Source: Candidatus Saccharimonadota bacterium
Lineage (GTDB): Bacteria > Patescibacteriota > Saccharimonadia > Saccharimonadales > Saccharimonadaceae
Assembly: GCA_028289185.1 (NCBI GenBank)
Contig: JAQGGV010000003.1
Coordinates: forward strand, 1-37,568
Direction of reading: 5' to 3'
Length of the DNA stretch: 37,568 nucleotides
Under the pieces are notes generated by a model. It saw nothing but the letters and a program-made list of their open reading frames with translations, was not told where the DNA came from and made no database searches. Position numbers and translations under genes: made by a program. Positions 23,463-31,074 of this stretch are shown in pieces (within the stretch, counting starts at the first letter, position 1; each line of letters starts with the position of its first letter).

Positions 23463-24149
23463 ATGAATATTGATCATCATCTCCAACAGGCCATCCTGGA
23501 AAAACTCGCCCAAAGCGGCCAGCTTGTTCGTTATAGCGACCTAAAAGATGACACGATCGAGAATAGTCTGTTTAGCTACCACCTGAACAAGCTGATTGAT
23601 CGCAAGATGGTAGACAAGACCGACGATGGCTATAGATTGAGCATCGATGGTGCGCGTTGGCTGAACGATAACGGCTTTGCGCTGCGTCAGAGCGAGACTC
23701 TGCGTGTCTATGTAGCGCTGGTCATCCAAAACGATGCTGGTGAATACTTGGTAGGACAGCGAACGGGCCAGTTCAAGTCGACAATCAACGACTATATCTT
23801 GCCATCAAATGCCTATGTAAATGAACTGGACCTATCGGATCAAATCGACACTGCCATTGCGACATTCATACCGAATGATAACCTAGGGGACATAACTGAC
23901 TACGGCTTTGTCCAGATCAAGGCCGCGTACGTGGACGATGTTGTGTTGCGCTCGTTGTTTCATGTGTCATATTGTTATGTCACCAATTTTGAGCCAACCA
24001 ATACCAAACAGGCGAGCGAATACACCTGGATGAGCAAGGACGAAATCGACAAAATAAAACATCCGTCCGCTGGAATTCTGCGCGAAATTATTGATTATAC
24101 CCAAGATGCTGATAACCACCACGAAACCCCTCTTTTTTTCGGTGATTAG
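23463..24149 (+). CDS. Winged-helix DNA-binding domain fused to a Nudix-fold-like domain lacking the Nudix box
   Basis: The N-terminus LEKLAQSGQLVRYSDLKDDTIENSLFSYHLNKLIDRKMVDKTDDGYRLS resembles a wHTH. The C-terminus VALVIQNDAGEYLVGQRTG...YILPSNAYV...EYTWMSKDEIDKI follows the Nudix-fold pattern, but the GX5EX7REUXEEXGU glutamates are absent. Confidence 0.55.
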   Translation: MNIDHHLQQAILEKLAQSGQLVRYSDLKDDTIENSLFSYHLNKLIDRKMVDKTDDGYRLSIDGARWLNDNGFALRQSETLRVYVALVIQNDAGEYLVGQRTGQFKSTINDYILPSNAYVNELDLSDQIDTAIATFIPNDNLGDITDYGFVQIKAAYVDDVVLRSLFHVSYCYVTNFEPTNTKQASEYTWMSKDEIDKIKHPSAGILREIIDYTQDADNHHETPLFFGD

Positions 24150-24210
24150 GTAAAAATTCCTTTACTTACTTATCGGTCGGTTCTCTCTACTATGGTGGTA
24201 AGGAGAACTA

Positions 24211-24324
24211 ATGATGAAAATGCTACTGAATATGGGCGCTGGTTACGTGTGGTGGAAAGACGACACCCAGGACGAGCCAGTCGCAGTGGAACAACAGAGT
24301 GAAACGAACGAGGAAGAGTCATGA
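24211..24324 (+). CDS. Micro-ORF 1 (37 aa), below the ORF-track cutoff
   Basis: AGGAG (24201-24205) lies 5 nt before the ATG. Product: MMKMLLNMGAGYVWWKDDTQDEPVAVEQQSETNEEES. The TGA stop overlaps the next ATG (ATGA). Confidence 0.4.
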   Translation: MMKMLLNMGAGYVWWKDDTQDEPVAVEQQSETNEEES

Positions 24325-24413
24325 TTGCAGTCAACCTCGCAGCCTATTTTAGTGGTCTGTGGTACTCGGTACCGTCGGTGATTGTAACCGTTAAAGACGA
24401 AATAGATAGTTAG
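24321..24413 (+). CDS. Micro-ORF 2 (30 aa), hydrophobic, translationally coupled to micro-ORF 1
   Basis: Product: MIAVNLAAYFSGLWYSVPSVIVTVKDEIDS. ATGA overlap with micro-ORF 1. Its 3' end overlaps the convergent channel gene stop by 4 nt. Confidence 0.35.
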   Translation: MIAVNLAAYFSGLWYSVPSVIVTVKDEIDS

Positions 24414-24997
24414 CGCAGGGCTCGTTCGATACGTCTATCTGGCACAACCCACATAATCGCGACGAGAACAAACAGTATCTGTGAAACGACCGGCATGATA
24501 AAGGCAAAGATAATCGCCAGAATGTAAATCGCCGGCGATAGTTTGCCCTTATAATCTGCACCGACGGCACGAACGAATGGTGAGTTTTTGCCGAGTGTAG
24601 CAAAGATAGCCAGCTGCAAATTGTAGTAGGCAATTGCTGCGCCAAGGAGGACTACTCCGTAGACGGCCGTCGGAGCAAGAGCCTCGTGATTTTCACCCAT
24701 CCAGGCGGTCACAAACGGTACCAGTGTCAAAAAGAACAATAGCCCCATATTTGACCACATGATTCTGCCATTAACACCCTTGGCAGCCTGTAGCAGGTGA
24801 TGATGGTTATTCCAATAGATTGCCAGGAAGATAAAACTCAGTATATATGCAAGGAATGTTGGTACCATCGGCGCAAGGTCAGAAAAGCTGTTGCCTGTCG
24901 GTGGTCGGAACTCAATCACCATGATTGTGATAATGATTGCAATGACACCGTCGCTAAATGCCTCTAGGCGGTTGGTTTCGAATAGACCACTCTTCAT
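24410..24997 (-). CDS. TMEM175/DUF1211-family membrane protein (putative K+ channel)
   Basis: MKSGLFETNRLEAFSDGVIAIIITIMVIE carries the RxxxFSD helix-1 signature, followed by six predicted TM segments. Start set at ATG 24997 (TATAAT 6 nt upstream) rather than ORF-track 25150. Confidence 0.75.
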   Translation of the reverse strand: MKSGLFETNRLEAFSDGVIAIIITIMVIEFRPPTGNSFSDLAPMVPTFLAYILSFIFLAIYWNNHHHLLQAAKGVNGRIMWSNMGLLFFLTLVPFVTAWMGENHEALAPTAVYGVVLLGAAIAYYNLQLAIFATLGKNSPFVRAVGADYKGKLSPAIYILAIIFAFIMPVVSQILFVLVAIMWVVPDRRIERALR

Positions 24998-25161
24998 AGG
25001 GACATTATATACGACTGTGGTTTGCGACATGTGGGGCCAGGAGGCTAAAATGGACACACCACATATAGCGTAGTGTTTCTTATTTACAACGCTACGCAAG
25101 CAGTTTAAGGTGTTAATCAAGCCATAAACGGCATGTGGTGAAAAAAACACCCAAAAAGTGC

Positions 25162-25215
25162 TTGAAAACCATACATGTAGGGTCTATCATTCTACATAGA
25201 CACTACATATGTAGT
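25162..25215 (+). promoter_or_regulatory. nrd promoter with two NrdR-box-like palindromes
   Basis: TTGAAA (25162-25167), 17-nt spacer, TATCAT (25185-25190). Box 1 ACCATACATGTAGGGT (25168-25183) fills the spacer. Box 2 ACACTACATATGTAGT (25200-25215) lies downstream. Centre-to-centre distance is 32 bp. They resemble the NrdR consensus acaCwAtATaTwGtgt. Confidence 0.6.
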
Positions 25216-25377
25216 AGTTCAACAAAAACACATATTTTGCAAGACGGAGGGAAACCACCGCCAAATCGTTAGATAGGGCATCTTCTTGCATTGTCGAAAA
25301 AAGTGACCCGAGAGACCACTGGAGAACGACGGGAACGTGTTGAGAAAAAACATAAAACAGTTAACCTAAGGGGACAT

Positions 25378-27789
25378 ATGAGCATACACGTGGTAAAACG
25401 CGACGGCACCCGCGCACCATTTGACGCCAACCAGGTCAACCTCGCTTTGGTCGAAGCCAGTGAGGGGCTTCCTGACCAGATTAGCAAGGTCGTGCAAGTC
25501 GCATCTGAACTACAATTAACATTATTTGATGGCATCACAACTGAACAGTTGGACGAGGCTGTCATTCACACTGCGTTGCAGAACGTCAAAGACGATCCTG
25601 ACTTTGATACGATCGCTGCGAGGTTGCAGCTAAAGAACCTATACAAGAAGGTTCTGGGACATTACGACAACACCGCGGAGCTAAAGAAGCTGCACGCCAG
25701 CAAGTTTCCAGAGTACCTAAAGCAAGGTATTACTGACGGCCTGCTGGACAAGCGCATGACTGCCAAGACCTTTGATCTGAAGAAGCTGTCAGCAGCGCTT
25801 GACCCTAGTCGTGACGGCCTAATGCGCTACCTGGGCGTCATCACCAACCGTAACCGCTACAGTCTACGCAAAAACAGTGGTGAATCAATCGAAGTACCAC
25901 AGTTTACGGCTATGCGTATTGCTATGGGGCTGAGCCTACTCGAGAAAGATCCAACCGCAACGGCACTCGAATTCTACGAATACATTAGTAAGCTCGATGC
26001 CAACCCAGCTGGCTCGACTCGTATTAACGCTGGTGGTTCATTCCCGCAACTATCGAACTGTTTCTTGTTTGATATCGAGGATGACATGGAAGCAATTGCT
26101 CGTGCTGTACGCGACACGATGTGGATCGCAAAGGGCACCGGTGGCATAGGTATCGGTATCACCAAGCTGCGTGCTAGCGGTAGTCCAGTCCGAACGACAA
26201 ACAGTGAATCAACCGGCCCAATCCCATTCATCAAGATGCTCGATACGGCACTGTTCGCAGTCAGCCGCAAGGGCAAGAAACAGGGTGCTGCGGCCATCTT
26301 TATGGAGAACTGGCACATGAACTTCCCGCAGTTTTTGGATTTGAAGCAAAACTCGGGCGATCCATACCTCCGTACTCGTATTGCGAACACGGCGGTCATC
26401 CTAAGCGACGAATTCATGCGTCGCGTCCAGAATGAAGAGCCTTGGTACTTGTTTGATCCATCTGAAACAGCCGATTTGATCGAACTCTACGGAAGTGCAT
26501 TTGCAAAACGCTACAACGAATATGTTGAGCTAGCCGAAACAGGCAAGATGCGTGACTTTGTGAAAGTGAAGGCTCGTGAGCAATACCACCAGATTTTGAC
26601 AGTACTACAGGCGACGAGTCATCCATGGCTGACCTGGAAGGACACAATGAACGTCCGGGCGCTTAACAATAACACTGGTACGATTCACCACTCCAACCTG
26701 TGTACTGAAATCACGCTACCACAGGACAAGGACAACACTGCTGTCTGTAACCTGTCGAGCATCAATCTGTCTGTCCACCTTCGTGATGACAAGACATGGG
26801 ACTGGGATCGCCTGAAATCAGCTGTGCGTATTTCTATCCGCCAGCTGGATAACTTGGTTGATTTGACCAACACACCGATTCCACAGGCTATGCACTCTAA
26901 CATTCAGAACCGTGCAGTCGGCCTAGGTATCATGGGCTTTGCCGATGTACTGGAAAAGCTTGGCCACAGTTATGAATCAGAGGAAGCGTATGAACTCATG
27001 GACCAATTGACTGAGTTCATCAGTTATCATGCCATCGAAGCGAGCGCGGATTTGGCCAAGGAACGTGGTAGCTACCCAACATTCAAGGGCAGCGGCTGGA
27101 GCAAGGGCATATTGCCACTCGATACACTCGACCAATTGGAACTCGACCGCGGCGTCAAACTCGAAATCAGCCGCAAGGCACGTCTGGATTGGGAAAAACT
27201 ACGCGCCAAGGTGAAAAAGGGTATGCGAAACGCAACCCTGATGGCAATCGCGCCAACCGCCAACAATGCACACGTTTCCGGTACAACACCGGGCATCGAC
27301 CCACAATTTGCACAGATTTTCAGTCGTTCAACACTCAACGGTAAGTTCCTCGAGGTCAATGTGAACCTGGTTCGCGACCTGCGTGCAATCGGTCTATGGG
27401 ACGAGGTTAAAGAGGACGTTTTGCGCCTACAAGGCGACGTCCAACAGATTGCGGCCATTCCACAGCACATCAAGGATGTTTACAAGACAAGCTTCCAGCT
27501 GAGCCCCTACGCCTTTATCGAAGTCGCTGCACGGGCACAGAAGTGGGTTGATCAAGCAATCAGCCGTAACATGTATCTGGATACGCGCGACGTCAACGAA
27601 TATGAAGACATTTACATGGCTGCATGGAAGCGCGGACTGAAAACGACCTACTACCTGCACGTCAAACCTCGACATACGGCCGAACAAAGTACCGTCAAGG
27701 TTAATAAAGCTGAATCACTTTCCGGGACTGGACCACGTAAAGCAGGCTTTGGCTTCGCCAAAAAGCAGACTGTCGGGGTGGAAACCTAG
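25378..27789 (+). CDS. nrdA: Ribonucleoside-diphosphate reductase alpha subunit (class I) with an N-terminal ATP-cone
   Basis: ATP-cone MSIHVVKRDGTRAPFDANQV, LSNCFLF, SNLCTEITLP, AVCNLSSINL, TTYYLH. Start set at ATG 25378 (AAGGGG upstream) rather than TTG 25291. No Cys after the YY motif. Confidence 0.92.
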   Translation: MSIHVVKRDGTRAPFDANQVNLALVEASEGLPDQISKVVQVASELQLTLFDGITTEQLDEAVIHTALQNVKDDPDFDTIAARLQLKNLYKKVLGHYDNTAELKKLHASKFPEYLKQGITDGLLDKRMTAKTFDLKKLSAALDPSRDGLMRYLGVITNRNRYSLRKNSGESIEVPQFTAMRIAMGLSLLEKDPTATALEFYEYISKLDANPAGSTRINAGGSFPQLSNCFLFDIEDDMEAIARAVRDTMWIAKGTGGIGIGITKLRASGSPVRTTNSESTGPIPFIKMLDTALFAVSRKGKKQGAAAIFMENWHMNFPQFLDLKQNSGDPYLRTRIANTAVILSDEFMRRVQNEEPWYLFDPSETADLIELYGSAFAKRYNEYVELAETGKMRDFVKVKAREQYHQILTVLQATSHPWLTWKDTMNVRALNNNTGTIHHSNLCTEITLPQDKDNTAVCNLSSINLSVHLRDDKTWDWDRLKSAVRISIRQLDNLVDLTNTPIPQAMHSNIQNRAVGLGIMGFADVLEKLGHSYESEEAYELMDQLTEFISYHAIEASADLAKERGSYPTFKGSGWSKGILPLDTLDQLELDRGVKLEISRKARLDWEKLRAKVKKGMRNATLMAIAPTANNAHVSGTTPGIDPQFAQIFSRSTLNGKFLEVNVNLVRDLRAIGLWDEVKEDVLRLQGDVQQIAAIPQHIKDVYKTSFQLSPYAFIEVAARAQKWVDQAISRNMYLDTRDVNEYEDIYMAAWKRGLKTTYYLHVKPRHTAEQSTVKVNKAESLSGTGPRKAGFGFAKKQTVGVET

Positions 27790-27881
27790 CCTATGGGGAA
27801 ACAGTACAGATAGCACAAAAAACAGAGAGAAAAGACTAAAATTTAACGGCACCAAAAAGGGTATAAGGGGATAATTAAACT

Positions 27882-28055
27882 ATGAACGCATCAACACTCA
27901 TCAACGATCAAATGACACTGGAAGAAAAGCTCGCAGCTATCGATGCTGCTATGGCCACCGCACAGGCGACTGCTGACGACCAGGCTGCTGCCAATGGCAC
28001 CATTGCAGCACCACTTGATCCTGCTGATTTGACTATGTGCGAAGGCTGTCAGTAG
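27882..28055 (+). CDS. 57-codon ORF ending in CEGCQ, between nrdA and nrdB (not in the ORF track)
   Basis: Product: MNASTLINDQMTLEEKLAAIDAAMATAQATADDQAAANGTIAAPLDPADLTMCEGCQ. AAGGGG lies about 11 nt upstream. It fills most of the otherwise empty 321-nt nrdA-nrdB spacer (27790-28110). Confidence 0.45.
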   Translation: MNASTLINDQMTLEEKLAAIDAAMATAQATADDQAAANGTIAAPLDPADLTMCEGCQ

Positions 28056-28110
28056 GAATCTACGATGGCACGTTTGTTTACGACATTAATGAAAGGATTT
28101 GCAACATATC

Positions 28111-29106
28111 ATGGCAGGCATTCTCGGAACCGGCATTCAAGACGGATTGCTACTTAAACCGGTACATTATAAATGGGCAATGGACTTGTACGACCAAGCG
28201 GTCGCAAACACGTGGTTTCCAAATGAAATTCAGCTAGGCCAGGACCTTAGCGACTGGAAGAAAATGAGCGATGAAGAGCGTCACGCGGTGACGTTCCTGA
28301 TGAGCTATTTCAACCCGAACGAACTACTCGTCAACAAAGCATTGGCTTTTGGCGTCTATCCGTACGTTAACGCTGCAGAGTGTCACCTGTATCTGGCAAA
28401 ACAGATGTGGGAAGAGGCAAATCACTGCATGTCGTTTGAATACGTACTCGAAACCTTTCCGATCGACCGCGAGGCATCATATGCTGCGCACGTCGACACG
28501 CCATCAATGGCGCGCAAAGAGGAATTTGAGACAAAATATATCAAGCGTATGACCGAGGAAACGCTTGATATCAAAACCACCGAGGGTAAAAAGGACTTTA
28601 TTCGTAACTTGGTTGCGTACAACATCATCCTCGAGGGTATCTGGTTCTATAGTGGATTTATGGTGGCACTTAGTTTCCGCCAACGAAATCTCCTGCGTAA
28701 CTTTGGAGCACTGATTGACTGGGTCGTCCGCGATGATTCATTGCACATAAAGATTTGCATCAATTTGATCCTGACCGTTCTGGAAGAGAACGAAGACTTG
28801 CAAACAGAAGAATTTGCCGAGGAAATCAAGCAAATGATTTTGGATGGTGTCGAGATGGAAGAGGCTTACAATAAGGACCTACTGCCAAACGGCATCCTAG
28901 GCCTCAACAGTGACTACATCAACCAGTACGTCCGTTACTTGGCTGATCGTCGTCTGGAGGAACTTGGTTTTGGTACGCACTACAATGTGTCTAACCCCGC
29001 CAAATGGATGGCAACTGCTAACGATACGCTGCAACTGGTGAACTTCTTTGAAGCGACCAACACATCATACGAAGTGAACGCAACCGGAACGAAAAAGAAA
29101 GAATAG
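28111..29106 (+). CDS. nrdB: Ribonucleotide reductase beta subunit, R2c-like (Phe at the radical-Tyr position)
   Basis: Ferritin-like motifs NELLVN, WEEANHCMSF, LEGIWFYSGF, VRDDSLH. The spacings E-31-ExxH-73-E-34-DxxH fit R2. ATG 28111 is preferred over TTG 28099. Confidence 0.88.
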   Translation: MAGILGTGIQDGLLLKPVHYKWAMDLYDQAVANTWFPNEIQLGQDLSDWKKMSDEERHAVTFLMSYFNPNELLVNKALAFGVYPYVNAAECHLYLAKQMWEEANHCMSFEYVLETFPIDREASYAAHVDTPSMARKEEFETKYIKRMTEETLDIKTTEGKKDFIRNLVAYNIILEGIWFYSGFMVALSFRQRNLLRNFGALIDWVVRDDSLHIKICINLILTVLEENEDLQTEEFAEEIKQMILDGVEMEEAYNKDLLPNGILGLNSDYINQYVRYLADRRLEELGFGTHYNVSNPAKWMATANDTLQLVNFFEATNTSYEVNATGTKKKE

Positions 29107-29113
29107 GCCCAAC

Positions 29114-29713
29114 ATGCAGACTGAAATAGAGGTCAAGTATCTTGACGTCGACTTAGCTGATATCCGAAATAGGCTACAAAAAATCGGTGCAACGTTGGAA
29201 CAGCCGATGCGGCTTCTGCGCCGATCACTGATTGAAGAGCCGCATCATAAGGCAAAGCACGGCTTCATCCGGATTCGTGATCAGGGTGATAAAGTGACGA
29301 TGGCTTACAAGCAACGTGACGATGAGTTTGCGATGCACGGGACGAAGGAAGTTGAGATAGAAGTAAGTGACTTTCAGACAACCGTTGATCTAATGGAGGC
29401 TGCGGGTTGGCCAGTGATGACATACCAGGAATCAAAGCGCGAAACATGGCGAATTGGTGAAGCCGAAGTCGTATTAGATGAATGGCCGTGGATCAAACCG
29501 TACATCGAAATTGAGGCCCCTAGCGAAGAACTGGTGAAAAAAACCGCGCAAGAACTAGGATTAAACTGGAACGACCATGTTTTGGGTAGCGTCGACGTTA
29601 TTTATGAGCGCGATTACCCGGATATGAGTGTTCGCGGGATTATAGATATCAAAGAAGCACGTTTTGCCGACCCCATTCCACCTGAGTTCCTGGGCAAAGT
29701 TAAAGAGCAATAG
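29114..29713 (+). CDS. CYTH-domain protein (CyaB/ThTPase-like triphosphate tunnel metalloenzyme)
   Basis: N-terminal EIEVKY (ExExK signature) within MQTEIEVKYLDVD. At 199 aa the size and beta-rich pattern fit CYTH. It starts 7 nt after nrdB. Confidence 0.65.
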   Translation: MQTEIEVKYLDVDLADIRNRLQKIGATLEQPMRLLRRSLIEEPHHKAKHGFIRIRDQGDKVTMAYKQRDDEFAMHGTKEVEIEVSDFQTTVDLMEAAGWPVMTYQESKRETWRIGEAEVVLDEWPWIKPYIEIEAPSEELVKKTAQELGLNWNDHVLGSVDVIYERDYPDMSVRGIIDIKEARFADPIPPEFLGKVKEQ

Positions 29714-29727
29714 ACTATACTAAATAT

Positions 29728-31032
29728 ATGAAAACAACTCTCGTTATCTTTGGCATTACCGGCGACCTGGCCCAACGCAAATTACTCCCAGCGCTTGCGA
29801 ACGTTATCGAGGCTGATCAGGCTAGCGAACTGACGATTATTGGCGTGTCCAGGCGTGCTGTTGAGCAGTATCAGGTGCTTGGCGATCATCAACAGCTATC
29901 TGGTACAACGTCTATGCTACAGATGGACTTGGATAATCCAGAGGACTATCAAAAACTGCGAACATATATCGCACAGACCGACGACGAACAAGTGCTGTTT
30001 TATCTGTCGGTACCACCAGAGTCAGCGAGTGGCATTGTCGAGAATTTGGGTAAAGCCGGCATGAACGGACAGCATAATAAACTGCTGCTTGAAAAGCCTT
30101 TTGGCCGTGATTTGGCCAGTGCTCAAGCGATGATTGATCACACTGCCGAATATTTCCATGAATCTCAGATTTATCGTATCGATCACTATTTAGCCAAGGA
30201 AATGGCGCAAAATATCGTAACATTTCGGGCGCGTAACGCCATCTTTTCGTATCTGTGGAGCAATGAATATATTGAACGAATCGAGGTGATAGCGCTGGAG
30301 TCGATTGGTATCGAGGGCCGTACTAGTTTTTATGAACAAACGGGCGCCTTGCGCGACATCGTTCAAGGGCATCTGCTGCAATTACTTGCACTAACATTGG
30401 CGCCACTGCCGGGCGAGTTGAACTGGGATAGCTTGCCGACACGTCGCATGGCTGCGCTTGATGCCATTACGACAGTCAACCCGACCAAGGCTGTTCGAGC
30501 GCAGTATGATACCTATCGCCAAGAGGTAGGAAATCCCGAAAGCTTGGTTGAGACTTTTGTATCTGTCGAACTGGAGTCGTCCGACCCGTCATGGACGGGT
30601 GTGCCATTGGCGCTGACAACAGGTAAATCGCTCGACCGCAAAAAAACCGAAGTTCGAGTTCATTTCCGCCGCATGAACGATACGCAGAGTAACTATTTGA
30701 TATTCAAGATTCAGCCCGATGAAGGTATCGCAATTGATTTGGTGACCAAAAAGCCCGGGTATGACATGGATGTCGAGCATCAGAAGTTGAGTTATATGTA
30801 CCCAGCCGACCAACGCCTGCCGGATGCTTACGAACAGGTGCTGGTGGACGCGATGAACAGCCGCAAGAGCCTGTTTGCCACTAGCGGTGAAGTTCTGCGC
30901 GCTTGGGAGATCCTGGCACCTTTGCAGCAAGCGTGGAGCAGTAAGACAGATATTGCGACGTACACGAGTGGTATGAATGCTGCCGCAGTCATTTCCGAGG
31001 CGACTCAGTCAAATCAACAACAGACGACGTAA
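29728..31032 (+). CDS. zwf: Glucose-6-phosphate 1-dehydrogenase
   Basis: LVIFGITGDLAQRKLLPAL (NADP-binding site), EKPFGRDL, and YRIDHYLAKE (RIDHYLGKE active-site signature). Confidence 0.9.
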   Translation: MKTTLVIFGITGDLAQRKLLPALANVIEADQASELTIIGVSRRAVEQYQVLGDHQQLSGTTSMLQMDLDNPEDYQKLRTYIAQTDDEQVLFYLSVPPESASGIVENLGKAGMNGQHNKLLLEKPFGRDLASAQAMIDHTAEYFHESQIYRIDHYLAKEMAQNIVTFRARNAIFSYLWSNEYIERIEVIALESIGIEGRTSFYEQTGALRDIVQGHLLQLLALTLAPLPGELNWDSLPTRRMAALDAITTVNPTKAVRAQYDTYRQEVGNPESLVETFVSVELESSDPSWTGVPLALTTGKSLDRKKTEVRVHFRRMNDTQSNYLIFKIQPDEGIAIDLVTKKPGYDMDVEHQKLSYMYPADQRLPDAYEQVLVDAMNSRKSLFATSGEVLRAWEILAPLQQAWSSKTDIATYTSGMNAAAVISEATQSNQQQTT

Positions 31033-31074
31033 ACTCTAGCATTAACGGTAGTGGTGGTGCTACAATGAAGTCCC

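Noticed and set aside
24998-25150. N-terminal extension of the TMEM175-like ORF
   Set aside because: The conserved family sequence begins right after M52 (MKSGLFETNRLEAFSDG), which has TATAAT 6 nt upstream. I applied the same logic to trim ORFs 36599..37558 (to 37438), 8907..10034 (to 9947), 1364..2440 (to 1454) and 25291..27789 (to 25378).
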